Shown here one piece after another: positions 39,248-49,620 of a stretch of DNA of 64,000 nucleotides. Within the stretch, counting starts at the first letter, position 1. The number at the start of each line of letters is the position of its first letter. Made by a program: the position numbers and the translations under genes. The notes under the pieces are model-generated. The model made no database searches. It saw nothing but the letters and a program-made list of their open reading frames with translations, and was not told the DNA's origin. Origin of the DNA: Cenarchaeum sp. (GTDB taxonomy: Archaea > Thermoproteota > Nitrososphaeria > Nitrososphaerales > Nitrosopumilaceae); NCBI GenBank assembly GCA_965212015.1, contig OZ243037.1, positions 288,001 through 352,000 of the forward strand. Reading direction: 5' to 3'.

Positions 39248-40207
39248 TTAAACATATTTTTTTGATATATGATATTTCTCTGTTTTGATTATATAGTCAG
39301 AATTATCAAAAATAGTTTTAGATGGATCTTGTATGGTTATGATGCGCTCTGATGAACCATGTGTTCTGATATTTATTCCAGGAACAAAGTAAATCCAATA
39401 TCTGTCTCCGTGCTCTTTGGATTTCGCTAATTCATTGGAGGAAAGATAAAAATCTAAATCCAATCCAGACGAACCCTTGACTTCAATATAGATTTTATGT
39501 ATATGGCCATTGTTACTTGTAAACGATTCAATATCATACCCAGCATTAGCAAATCTATCGCTGATTCGGTCTATTTTTGATGCTTCTTCTGTGTGACCTG
39601 CATCGGCAAGTCTTTTCTGTTCAAAGGCAAGAACCAATTCCTCCGCTATGTTTCCTATTATTTTCTGATTTTCTAACTGTGCTTCCAACATTTTTTGTGT
39701 AATCTTTCTATCATTTTGTCCTATCAACTGGATATATTTTGGATTGATCTCGACTTTGCCGTTTTGTTTTTCAAATAAACCTGTTTCATACAAAATTGGT
39801 AGTATGTCTGGAATTGTGACAATTCCGTATATTTCTTGTTTTGGATACCACATACCGTGATTGTCATCAGTATGAAATTTGTCAAATATTTGAAATATTT
39901 CTCTGTTAATTTGTGGTCCAAAAAACATATTTTTGATAAAGAAATCTTTGAATTCTGGTGATTTGTTCCCGTAAAGTTCTAATGTTTGTACGCCTAAATT
40001 TGTCAGAGCCATTTTATTATTGTCTATTTTCACAAGGCCAAACAATATGCAAATATTTTTGACATTTTCATAGTTTGGCATTCTGGCCTGCTTGACTGGC
40101 TTTTCTTGAAATGTCTTTTTCACATAATTTCTAAGTGTGGGTTTGTGTTCTTCGAATAACCTCACGGTATCAAGCATTTCACATATGTTATGAATGGTCA
40201 GACTCAT
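39248..40207 (-). CDS. DUF3883-type PD-(D/E)XK nuclease with N-terminal wHTH-like region
   Basis: GNIAEELV..FE, AGYDIES, IEVKGS, FYLSSNE, YWIYFV. Confidence 0.85.
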   Translation of the reverse strand: MSLTIHNICEMLDTVRLFEEHKPTLRNYVKKTFQEKPVKQARMPNYENVKNICILFGLVKIDNNKMALTNLGVQTLELYGNKSPEFKDFFIKNMFFGPQINREIFQIFDKFHTDDNHGMWYPKQEIYGIVTIPDILPILYETGLFEKQNGKVEINPKYIQLIGQNDRKITQKMLEAQLENQKIIGNIAEELVLAFEQKRLADAGHTEEASKIDRISDRFANAGYDIESFTSNNGHIHKIYIEVKGSSGLDLDFYLSSNELAKSKEHGDRYWIYFVPGINIRTHGSSERIITIQDPSKTIFDNSDYIIKTEKYHISKKYV

Positions 40208-42155
40208 TGGTTTGGTATACCTTCTTTAGATATTCTATAGTTTGCTTATAGTCCAAGTTAAATTCTTTTAAATTCATATTGTCTGATTCGGGATTTATTT
40301 CTAGTGACTGTAACATATCGTCCTGTAAAGCATCTAGCATATCCCTCCATTTTTCATTAAGCCTTCTATTTATAACTTCATCTATAGTGTTTTTTGCTAT
40401 TATCAAATGATAATTAACCTCTACAGATCTATTCATGCCTATTCTGTGTATTCTGTCCATTGACTGCATATATTGAGCCCCATTAAAGTTCCTGTCTAGG
40501 TATATTGCATGGTTACAAATAGTTTCTCCTCTTAAATTCTTGTGCAAGGAGACTGATTCCCCTAAAGACGCAGGTGATGCTATTAAAATTTTAAATTCTG
40601 GTTTATTTTTGAAATTTTTAATAAGTTCATCTCTATTCCCAGATTCGGATGTGTCTCGTGTTACCTTTCCGTTGATTACTACTGGATTAAATTCCCGTAG
40701 CAGATTTTCAAAAATATACATGTTGTGAATGAATGAATTCCATATGATCACTTTGTGTCCTTTATTGACCAAATCTTTGGCCAAAGCAATTGCTTTTGCA
40801 ATCTTTGTCGGGAGTTCGTACTCTGTATAATTCTTGATTTGATCTATCAACGATGTGGAAATTTCAGGTAATTTATCTATTTTACATTCAAAACCAAATT
40901 CTTCAGAAAACGTATCCTTATCGATGCCAAAATCAAGTGATTTTTCTTGCAAAAGAGTAGGATTTGAAGCAGTTTGGAGCAATCTGACCATTTTTGCCAT
41001 TCTGAATTTTTGTAATTGTCCCTGATCGTGTATGGACAATGCATCATGTTCTTGAAGAGTTTTTGCAGCTATTGCATCGTAAATATCTTGTTGCACCTTG
41101 CCTAATGGTACTGGTATGGGATCCCATTTGGGCTCTGGAAGCTGTAAATCATCTTTCTTTATCCTGCAAAACAGGCTATTCAAAACAGGCTGATATTTTC
41201 CTATCCCTGATTTTTTTGCATAATTGTTATAAATCATTTGATTATCCAGTGGATAGTTGTTTGGCCATAGAAACGTGATTTGAGTCCAGAGGTCTTTTGC
41301 GTTATTAGGCATGGGTGTCCCCGACAGAACAATCCTTCGTGTTGCATATGGTGCAACATTGAGTGCGGTAGATGCCCATCTTCGCAGATCTGGGCTTTTG
41401 ATGTTATGGGATTCGTCTATGATCAATACAGTCTTCCACCTCTGCATGAACTGTTTTAGTTCATGTTGACGATTCATGGCGGTATTGAAATGCATTAGAA
41501 ACAAATCAAATGATTCACCAAACAAGTGGAATTTGTTTGAAATATCTCCTGTAATTCTCAGGGATTTTACACTATTGCCAAAACAACTTTGATACTCTTC
41601 CTCCCAGGGGAGAAATGAAGCAGTCGGTCCGATCACCAGGATCTTTTCCACCTTTTTGTCATCCTGCCATCTGGAAATGGCTGCATACGTGATGGTGGTC
41701 TTGCCACTTCCGGGAACGGAAAAATTAGCCGCGTTACCCAGGGTAATCATGTGTTCTACGGACTCATTTTGGTATTCCATGAGTTTTCTCTTAAACGAAT
41801 CAGATATGTTGGGAAAATGCTCTGTTTTGTTCTTGATCATCTCGCCGGCATTTTTTGCATCCTCAAACGATGTATCGGTACGCTTTATTGTATCCATTTT
41901 GTCCATAATGGCATTGCATAAATCTACGTTTTCTTTGCCAAACTCTTTGACGAAATAAGTAACCGTCCATTTCAGGATTTTTCCAAATTTTACTAGATCA
42001 GAGTTATTATAAACATAGATGTCGCCGTCCTCGTCATAACCCCCTACACGAAGAGTATCTCGAATTTTATAATCAATCGCGTAATCATCCGTAGGATGAA
42101 ATTTAACCGTTATTTTATTTTGTTCATCGATACATATATTGTGCAATTCCATCAA
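40188..42155 (-). CDS. SNF2-family helicase/translocase
   Basis: PGSGKT, DESH, LSGTPMPN, LLQTASNP, QSMDRIHRIG. Confidence 0.92.
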   Translation of the reverse strand: MMELHNICIDEQNKITVKFHPTDDYAIDYKIRDTLRVGGYDEDGDIYVYNNSDLVKFGKILKWTVTYFVKEFGKENVDLCNAIMDKMDTIKRTDTSFEDAKNAGEMIKNKTEHFPNISDSFKRKLMEYQNESVEHMITLGNAANFSVPGSGKTTITYAAISRWQDDKKVEKILVIGPTASFLPWEEEYQSCFGNSVKSLRITGDISNKFHLFGESFDLFLMHFNTAMNRQHELKQFMQRWKTVLIIDESHNIKSPDLRRWASTALNVAPYATRRIVLSGTPMPNNAKDLWTQITFLWPNNYPLDNQMIYNNYAKKSGIGKYQPVLNSLFCRIKKDDLQLPEPKWDPIPVPLGKVQQDIYDAIAAKTLQEHDALSIHDQGQLQKFRMAKMVRLLQTASNPTLLQEKSLDFGIDKDTFSEEFGFECKIDKLPEISTSLIDQIKNYTEYELPTKIAKAIALAKDLVNKGHKVIIWNSFIHNMYIFENLLREFNPVVINGKVTRDTSESGNRDELIKNFKNKPEFKILIASPASLGESVSLHKNLRGETICNHAIYLDRNFNGAQYMQSMDRIHRIGMNRSVEVNYHLIIAKNTIDEVINRRLNEKWRDMLDALQDDMLQSLEINPESDNMNLKEFNLDYKQTIEYLKKVYQTNESDHS

Positions 42156-43378
42156 ACCTCAAATTTTTTCATTAATTTTTCCACGTGTGATGAAATTTTT
42201 TTTATTAAAGATATCGCTTCTGAAGGAAGCTCTGTAATAGGATCATCTATTAAAGGACGAAGATTTTTTTCCGCACGGCTTAGTAGAAGCAATTCCTTTC
42301 CCTCATTATTACTGACATCTAATATGTCTTTGGCGTTAATAAAATGTGCATAAGTTTCAGAAAAATCACGATTTTTTGTTTCAAATTCATCCATTATGGC
42401 GTGTGTATCCTTTTCAATTGTTTCCTGAAGATTTGGTTCTTGCGAGTCCTTTGGTTTTAATTTAGAACCAGCATCTACGATCTCAGTTATGGCATCTCGA
42501 AGGTTTTTCAGCACCATATCGTTGATTCTGCGAAGTTCCAAGTGCTGAATGTCTTCATGGATCAACTGAAATGCAACATATTTTATCTTGGTGATTTGAT
42601 CTGGATCATAGTCGCTTTTTTCACATGATAAAATTATTTGTCTGAGGTTGATAAAATGCTCGACCCTATTTTTTACATTCGAATATTTTTGTGGTGTTCC
42701 CATAAATTTGAGATATTGTTCAAGCAAATCCAATAGTATGAGTTTCTTTGCTATGTCTTCTTCCTCATAACCATAAAGTGTACTCGCGATTGTCTTTATG
42801 CTCAATCCGGCTTGCGTTCCTTCGCGTATCTTTAAAAGCTCGTTGACGGGACCATATTTGATAATCTCATCTTTGCCTAATTGTATCCCTGCTTCTAGCT
42901 TCCATAGATCCTCTGGGGATATGGACTCCTCTAATCTTGCCACATCCAGATATTTCCATTTCTGTTCTCCTGTTTCATCATGTAGGTATGATATTATTGA
43001 CATTCTCCTATTTCCATCAATGACATAACCGTCCTGTGTGATTATTCCATAGTTCCATTGCCCTCGAATTCTGAGATCGTCCTTGGTCCTGTCCGTCTCT
43101 ATTTTATCCAAGCCCAACAAAAGATTTTTTATCTTGACTGCGTCTTTTGGGTTTTCAGGGTTGAGGGAACCGCCTTCATGTTTTTCAAGCTCCTTGTATT
43201 CTGCTGCAAATCGACCGTTCCGAATATTGTAAAATAGCATGTCGATTGGCAGTCTGTACACGTATAGTTCTTTTCTTGTTCCATGTATGGATATCGGGAA
43301 AGAACCGCTGAGTTTGGAGTTTGGATATTTTTCGACATATTCGTCAATACGGGCCTTGTTGTTGGAATTCAGCTCCAT
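42152..43378 (-). CDS. ParB/Srx-like N-terminal domain protein, paralog B
   Basis: FYNIRNGR, GQ..GIITQDGYVIDGNRR. Confidence 0.75.
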   Translation of the reverse strand: MELNSNNKARIDEYVEKYPNSKLSGSFPISIHGTRKELYVYRLPIDMLFYNIRNGRFAAEYKELEKHEGGSLNPENPKDAVKIKNLLLGLDKIETDRTKDDLRIRGQWNYGIITQDGYVIDGNRRMSIISYLHDETGEQKWKYLDVARLEESISPEDLWKLEAGIQLGKDEIIKYGPVNELLKIREGTQAGLSIKTIASTLYGYEEEDIAKKLILLDLLEQYLKFMGTPQKYSNVKNRVEHFINLRQIILSCEKSDYDPDQITKIKYVAFQLIHEDIQHLELRRINDMVLKNLRDAITEIVDAGSKLKPKDSQEPNLQETIEKDTHAIMDEFETKNRDFSETYAHFINAKDILDVSNNEGKELLLLSRAEKNLRPLIDDPITELPSEAISLIKKISSHVEKLMKKFEV

Positions 43379-43472
43379 GTGTTACTATACTTTCTATGGC
43401 TTTAAAACGATTTTGCTGTATTTTCACAGAATTGCCGGCTTATTATCCAATAAATGCCCCATATGGCCAAGA

Positions 43473-44666
43473 TTACTGTAAACGGCCAAGTGCATTTTGA
43501 ACCTTTGTGATCAGATCACTGATCGCTGGGCTGCTCATATCACAACTCTCAATGTCGATATTCTCCAGGTTTTTTAATGCACGTTGGAGCAGTTTTTCTG
43601 GCTGTTGTGCCTCAGAACGTGCCTTTAATGAATCCATGCAGTTGTTAAATACGATTCTGGCATCCGTATATTCATCTTTTTTTTCAGCCTCGACTTTCTT
43701 TGCATCTTTTATGGCCAGAGGTTCTGGCATGCAGTATTTTTCCGCTGTCCATAATTCATTTCTTACAGCATCGGTCTTTAGTATCTCTTTGAGTTTTCTG
43801 AAATCTCTTGCGTGCACACCGTCATGAATTAGTTGAAAACCTATGCGTTTTGCTCGTTCCATTTTATCAGGATCAGGATCTAGCTTGTCAAATTCGGATA
43901 GGATTTTTCTTAAATCTATAAAATGTTCATGTATGCCCTTTGCTCGGTTAAAAACTCCCGGATCTTGTATAAAATGCAAGTATTCTGCAATGAGTTTAAA
44001 TTCTTCGAGTTTTGCCAAAATATCTTTTTCGCTGAAACCTCCAAAGAGCTCATTAGCTATCTCTTTGGGACTTAGATCTGCGTCAAATCCTTCCTTGAAT
44101 TTTAACAATTCATTGATAGGTCCATAATGTAGTTGTGGACTGCGGGACAATTGTATGCCAGCTTCAATTTTCCACAAATCTTGAGATGTAACGTTCGGAG
44201 GCAATCTTGCAACTTCAATAAAGTTAAACTCGGAACGGCCGTGAACGGATACCAAGCTAGACAAGACAGCACGTCTTCTATTTCCGTTTATGACATATCC
44301 GTCATGTGTGATTATTCCTGGCTCTCTTTGACCTTTCTGTAGTACATCTTCCTCCAGTATCTTGCTTTGCTTGAGATCAATTTCTAACAAAAGATCTTGG
44401 ATTTTTTTGGAATCTTCTGGTTTTGTTGTATCAAGCTCGCGTTTTTCTAATTTTTTGAGATCAGCATATTCTGCTGCAAATCTTCCGTTTTTAATGTTAT
44501 AAAATGTGAGATTTAATGGTATTCTATAGGTTTTCAAATCCGTCATTTTTCCATGTAGTTTTTGTGTAATGTCTTTTTGCATCTTGCAGTCTGGATTATC
44601 CTGAATATATCGATCAATTTTTTCGGCATTCTGGGCATTATATGACATATTGCTGATCATCAACAT
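43473..44666 (-). CDS. ParB/Srx-like N-terminal domain protein, paralog A
   Basis: FYNIKNGR, GQREPGIITHDGYVINGNRR. Confidence 0.75.
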   Translation of the reverse strand: MLMISNMSYNAQNAEKIDRYIQDNPDCKMQKDITQKLHGKMTDLKTYRIPLNLTFYNIKNGRFAAEYADLKKLEKRELDTTKPEDSKKIQDLLLEIDLKQSKILEEDVLQKGQREPGIITHDGYVINGNRRRAVLSSLVSVHGRSEFNFIEVARLPPNVTSQDLWKIEAGIQLSRSPQLHYGPINELLKFKEGFDADLSPKEIANELFGGFSEKDILAKLEEFKLIAEYLHFIQDPGVFNRAKGIHEHFIDLRKILSEFDKLDPDPDKMERAKRIGFQLIHDGVHARDFRKLKEILKTDAVRNELWTAEKYCMPEPLAIKDAKKVEAEKKDEYTDARIVFNNCMDSLKARSEAQQPEKLLQRALKNLENIDIESCDMSSPAISDLITKVQNALGRLQ

Positions 44667-44704
44667 CAGAGAATTATAAACTTATCAGTCATTTTGGATG
44701 ATCT

Positions 44705-46900
44705 CTATGCTTTTTGCTGCTCCAATTTGGAGGATCTGCATTTTTTACATTGGGATTGCCGTCTTAGGGAGAATTTATCCTTCTTGGACATTTGCCTATA
44801 TCCGAACAGCTCTTCTATTTTTTTTAGGGTCTGTGCAGAACAGCCACAATTGGGGCACGTTGCCTCAGAACCATCCACATTGGCATATCTTAGTCTGCGT
44901 AAATATACGTCCATTTTGTGTTCTATGACTGTCAACATAAATCTGGTATTCTTTGCCGTTAATTTGGTATTTGTTGATAAAAGTTTCTTTACGGATTCGT
45001 TCAACACCAACACCAGATGATCGCATAATCCCTGAGTCTTGCTCATATTTACCCACGAAAAACAGGTGCAAGAAAATAGATTGTTTGTGGAATACTTGAT
45101 CAAATGTCGATCAACCCTTTCAAAATCTATTTTTGCATTTGAAAACCCATGTATCTCTGACATGATTTGTATTGGTGAGATTTTGACATCAGGCATGATT
45201 GCTATCCGTGATGAAGTTGTTGATCCTTCCACAATCACCGATCTAAAGATTTCATCTTTAGAAATCTGGTAAAGTTTTTTTAAAAATTCAAAATATCTGC
45301 TAGAATGATCTGTGAATTGTTCTATGGGCACATCCAGGGTGATTTCATCTAGCGATCCAATGAACTGAACATCGTTTTTCATGTTGGGTAACAACACTAT
45401 GTCTGCCATGCCTGATTCGTAATTTACAGAATTGATCTTTGCTATAGTACCACTGTGTAATCCATGTCTGATGATTACTACGGAACCTCGTCTTGACGGA
45501 ATTATTGGTGTAATCATGCACCATTCCTTCAATTCATTTTCCGAGATCAATTGGATTGTCTTGTCATTATTCAACAATCTTTGGGTAATGCTGTCTATGG
45601 CTACGAATGATATGACAAAGCCCTGCTCTCCCCGCCCTCGATTTTTTAGTTTGAGACTGAGATCAGATAGTTTGTCCATACTGAGATTTTCGTCGGTCAT
45701 TACCTTGACATATATTATGTTTGATCGTATTTCAAGGCCTAAATTCTGAATTAATGCCTCCTGTTCCTTGGTAAATTTGTAGTTGGACAGATCCACCACA
45801 AAATCAAATTCATCCAATTCGTTTGGAGGATGTGACATCATTGGCGAATTTGTCAGAATCATCCCCGCAATTCTTGTTACTTGATCGTCCTGATCCTCAA
45901 AATTTCCTTTATCCAGATGTTTCAATTCCTGTATAAAGGCTTCTGGGGTTATTTTTCGACCAAAAAACTCCTGATTTTTTTTAGGTTTGCGAGAGTTTGT
46001 AACCATTATTTTCTGATAATGCTTTAATGTAAAATATTCGTCATATGAAGGCCTAAACTTCCAGTATCCTTCTTTTTTGATGATCTTATTATTGACTGAC
46101 AACTCGTGCAGGGATATCTGAAATAGGGTTTCGGGCATAAGCGCTAGAATCGGAATCTTGACCTTGATGATCGACTGTAGATCCTGATATGTTATTCCCT
46201 CTCTGTTGCGTATGGTGTTTAGGATGTAATCCTGTATTTCTAGCTGGTGCTTTTTGAGCCGAAATTTTCCAGAGTCACCGTATTCCAAAAAACCCTTTTC
46301 TTTGAGCTCGTCAAGTATTAAATTTGTCTGATTTTCTATGACATCTTTGCTCTGTATGGCAATTGATGTGTGTGGTGCAAAAACCATCCTTTCAAAATCC
46401 GCTATTGCTCCCGGCATTTCATGCAATATTTTTTTTCCGTCTGTGAAATCATTCACATTCGAATACAGGTAAAATATCACTATGGATCTTAAAACATTAT
46501 GCATGATCTTGTTCTTTATTGTGTGAAGAAATTTTGTCAGGACGACCTGCAGAAATTGGTATCTGTTGGCCAATCTTTTGTTTGTCAGATTTATTTCTCT
46601 GCTCTGCGAGGTTTTTTGTGTAGAGCGTCGCTTTTTTGGAATCTTGAGGACGCTTAAGAGGTTCATATATTCCACGTATCCGGATAAATGAAATTTTTCC
46701 GTGAGTGCCTTGGCATACTCTCCGCCAACATACATCTCTAGAAATTCCGACAGATCTACAAAAGGAAATCTTGCGTCGATCTGTTCCAGGATGGATTTGA
46801 ATTCATTATCGTAGATATCCATTTTTAAACCGTCAATCGCCTGTTGCAGTTTTTCTATCAAAGGATCGGCCTTCTCGAGGAACGACATGGCGTAAAACAC
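44705..46900 (-). CDS. Multidomain protein: wHTH-like, restriction-endonuclease-like fold, SWIM zinc finger, C-terminal CxxC pair
   Basis: FDFVVD..IYVKV..GFVISF..IQLIS; CTC-x10-CDH; CPNC..FGYR..QSQCKKC. Confidence 0.65.
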   Translation of the reverse strand: MFYAMSFLEKADPLIEKLQQAIDGLKMDIYDNEFKSILEQIDARFPFVDLSEFLEMYVGGEYAKALTEKFHLSGYVEYMNLLSVLKIPKKRRSTQKTSQSREINLTNKRLANRYQFLQVVLTKFLHTIKNKIMHNVLRSIVIFYLYSNVNDFTDGKKILHEMPGAIADFERMVFAPHTSIAIQSKDVIENQTNLILDELKEKGFLEYGDSGKFRLKKHQLEIQDYILNTIRNREGITYQDLQSIIKVKIPILALMPETLFQISLHELSVNNKIIKKEGYWKFRPSYDEYFTLKHYQKIMVTNSRKPKKNQEFFGRKITPEAFIQELKHLDKGNFEDQDDQVTRIAGMILTNSPMMSHPPNELDEFDFVVDLSNYKFTKEQEALIQNLGLEIRSNIIYVKVMTDENLSMDKLSDLSLKLKNRGRGEQGFVISFVAIDSITQRLLNNDKTIQLISENELKEWCMITPIIPSRRGSVVIIRHGLHSGTIAKINSVNYESGMADIVLLPNMKNDVQFIGSLDEITLDVPIEQFTDHSSRYFEFLKKLYQISKDEIFRSVIVEGSTTSSRIAIMPDVKISPIQIMSEIHGFSNAKIDFERVDRHLIKYSTNNLFSCTCFSWVNMSKTQGLCDHLVLVLNESVKKLLSTNTKLTAKNTRFMLTVIEHKMDVYLRRLRYANVDGSEATCPNCGCSAQTLKKIEELFGYRQMSKKDKFSLRRQSQCKKCRSSKLEQQKA

Positions 46901-47785
46901 CTATGTGTACTGCATGATGTTGGCCATGACAGTCTTTCCTTTCTTCTTTCGTGTAGGTGTTTTTTTAACCTCTGGCTTTTTTAAATCTTGAATTCTCTGG
47001 ATAGCATGATTGTAATATTCCGGTGCTGCCTCCATTCCAACAAAGTGTCTGTCTAGAGACATGGCGGCCACGGCGGTGGTGCCGCTGCCCATGAACGGAT
47101 CAAGCACCACATCGTTTTTGGCCGTAAACAGCTTGATAAACCAGCTTGGGAGCGCCATGGGAAATGCCGCACTGTGCTGGACGTTACTGCACTCGGTGGC
47201 AATGTGTATTACGTTTGTTGGATAAGCTTTGCGCTTGTTGATCCAATTGGAAACATTTTTTCCAAAACCGCTCTCATTCTCTGCCTCGTCTCGCCTCAAG
47301 TCAGTCTCGGACAAATTTGCCAGTCTGGTTTTTGCCCAAGAACCCATCGGGACCTTTACGGAATCCTGGTACATTTTGAACTTTTTCTGTTTGGTAAAGT
47401 GAAGACATCGCTCCCACGCATCCCTGAATCGATTGGGCCATTTTCCGGGATAGCAGTTCTTTTTATGCCAGACATATTCCTCCGTCCACAGCCAGCCCTG
47501 TTTTTTCATTTCTAATATAAGCTCCAGCACATACGTGCCGCGTTCTCCATTTACCGTCCGTTCTTTTATGTTTAACACAAACGATCCGCGGTTCTTTAGA
47601 ACTCGGAACATCTCTTTGGATATGGGAAGAAACCAGTCCACATATTCGTCAATTCCCACGCCTTGATATGCGCCTTTTCTGTTGTCGGCATATGGTGGAG
47701 ACGTAACGATGAGATCGACGGATTTGCCCGGGATTTTTCTCAGCCTCTCCAGACAGTCATCGTTATAGATGACGTCAAGCCTCAC
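46901..47785 (-). CDS. N4-C/N6-A DNA methyltransferase, beta class
   Basis: TSPPY before HSAAFP and DPFMGSGTT. Confidence 0.93.
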   Translation of the reverse strand: MRLDVIYNDDCLERLRKIPGKSVDLIVTSPPYADNRKGAYQGVGIDEYVDWFLPISKEMFRVLKNRGSFVLNIKERTVNGERGTYVLELILEMKKQGWLWTEEYVWHKKNCYPGKWPNRFRDAWERCLHFTKQKKFKMYQDSVKVPMGSWAKTRLANLSETDLRRDEAENESGFGKNVSNWINKRKAYPTNVIHIATECSNVQHSAAFPMALPSWFIKLFTAKNDVVLDPFMGSGTTAVAAMSLDRHFVGMEAAPEYYNHAIQRIQDLKKPEVKKTPTRKKKGKTVMANIMQYT

Positions 47786-48495
47786 GGTGTATCCTCCAAA
47801 ATATCATTCATGATCCCATCAGCATCATTGACATATATCTTTTTTATTTCCTTTTCGAGACTGCCTATCTTTTGCCCCATGACCTGTTTTAGCGATCCCA
47901 CGTCTGGATCGACATAGTTCTTATCTACCTTATAAGCGATTTTTAGGATCTGATCGTAGCAGTTCGGATGTCCCGAGACAAAGTCCCAGAAAGGCCTGCC
48001 TATCAGTACCTGGACATTACGCATGTGTTTTTTGACTATGGAGCCCATCAGATCCTCGTCCCCATAACAGGCTGCAAATATGGGTACGGAGTCGGGCTCG
48101 AGTTCCCTGGTGCGTAAAAGCACCTTTTGGATGCTTTGCGTGACCTGTATGTTGTGATGAGAGGCCGATTTTATTATCATGTTGTAGATTTTGCCATCTC
48201 GGCTTAGCCGTGCAGTTAGACCGGGAAGCGGTTTTTCGTTACAAAACTCCTTGGCGACATTCTGTAATGTGGAGCCAAAACTGGTTACTATGCCGCGTTC
48301 CAATCTCTGCCTTATCAGCCATTCTGCAAGATCATGTGATGTCCGAATTCCCAGTTGGTTGCTTATGGCAGCGATCAGAAATGGGTTGATTTCGATGTCA
48401 CTTACCGGCATGTTCATGAGCGTATTGATCTTGTTATTGAGAAAGTTCTCAAAGTGCATTTGGATGTTTAGGCCGATATTGTTGGGTATTGACAT
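47782..48495 (-). CDS. Type II restriction endonuclease (PmeII/EcoO109I-like)
   Basis: INPFL, TSFG..LQ, IKS, G..FWDFVSG; overlaps the methylase start. Confidence 0.7.
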   Translation of the reverse strand: MSIPNNIGLNIQMHFENFLNNKINTLMNMPVSDIEINPFLIAAISNQLGIRTSHDLAEWLIRQRLERGIVTSFGSTLQNVAKEFCNEKPLPGLTARLSRDGKIYNMIIKSASHHNIQVTQSIQKVLLRTRELEPDSVPIFAACYGDEDLMGSIVKKHMRNVQVLIGRPFWDFVSGHPNCYDQILKIAYKVDKNYVDPDVGSLKQVMGQKIGSLEKEIKKIYVNDADGIMNDILEDTP

Positions 48496-48650
48496 TATAT
48501 GTCAATTATGCGTGTCCGTTAAATAGCTGAGCCCAGGAAGCACGCCTGGAATCATCGTTCAGACGGCCAAACAGCAATACGAAAGTTTTGAACTATATCC
48601 ATATGTCATTTATCGGACATTTATAAAGCGTCCAAGCCTCCAAAACATAC

Positions 48651-48941
48651 ATGGACCGTTTGGATAATCCACTAAAAGATGCCGTTTCTGATCCTGATGG
48701 CAGAGGCCTGATTTTTCTGGACAAGCTCACAGAAAAAGAGCTGCTTGCCCTTTTGGTCAAGATAGCTGAAAAGGCAAAGCGAATCAGAAGCAAGCACGAG
48801 CTGCGACACGGAACCCTCATGGACTTGGCAAAAGTGTTGAGAAGGACTTATGACATGAACCTGCATCGCTGGGGCATTGATGATGGAATATCCAGGGAAA
48901 AACTGGATTTTTTTGAACACCAGTTCAAAAACGCCCTCTGA
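48651..48941 (+). CDS. Hypothetical protein
   Basis: 96-aa ORF with TTTATAAA about 25 nt upstream. Confidence 0.55.
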   Translation: MDRLDNPLKDAVSDPDGRGLIFLDKLTEKELLALLVKIAEKAKRIRSKHELRHGTLMDLAKVLRRTYDMNLHRWGIDDGISREKLDFFEHQFKNAL

Positions 48942-48946
48942 AAAAA

Positions 48947-49150
48947 TTACCTGAATGCTTTTTTGGACTTGTCGGTACCGTGATATTTGTTGTGGCATTT
49001 TCTGCATAATATCTGAAGGTTTTCCGGATCATTGGTTCCGCCTGCCTCCATAGGTGTTCTGTGATTGATGCTAAGATTGTCTTTTGTCCCGCATTCCTCG
49101 CATTTGGCATCAAGTTTTTTCAAGATTGATCTGTACGGTATCTTTCCCAT
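48947..49150 (-). CDS. Minimal HNH endonuclease
   Basis: CEECG...NH..P...GG....NLQILCRKCHNKYH. Confidence 0.85.
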   Translation of the reverse strand: MGKIPYRSILKKLDAKCEECGTKDNLSINHRTPMEAGGTNDPENLQILCRKCHNKYHGTDKSKKAFR

Positions 49151-49620
49151 CGTTGGGCTTATGCTATTCTGCTGTTTAAAGTTTTACCCGCAATCCAGAG
49201 GTGGTTTGTTTACCGTCATGAAATGCAAAAACCCTAGTGAGTTTTGGCGGCAGGATCATGTCATGTCATAAAACATTCTGCACAAAAAACTCTTGATTCC
49301 GGTGGTTTTAATTTGAATCCGTGACCTGCCGCCATCTTCCACATTAGAACGAATTACAATTGATCAACAGGATTAAAAACTCGTAACACAAATAAAAAAA
49401 CACGCCGTAACAAACAACAATATCCTGCAGTGTATGTGCACAAAAAAACTTGCAAACGTGCAACAGTAAACAAAAAACAACGAAACGCAATGTTAAAATA
49501 ACAACTCTTCCATATGGATCACATGGATTGCAAGTACGCAACAACATGGTTGCAAAATTTTTCATGCAAATCCCCGGAGCTCTAAAAATGAACGTCACAA
49601 ATCCCGATAAAACCAAAATG

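Noticed and set aside
49420-49610. TGCA/TTGCAA-rich tract beside the tRNA as integrase arm sites
   Set aside because: Motifs are short and irregularly spaced, with only a weak echo (TGCAAATCCC) near 30115.
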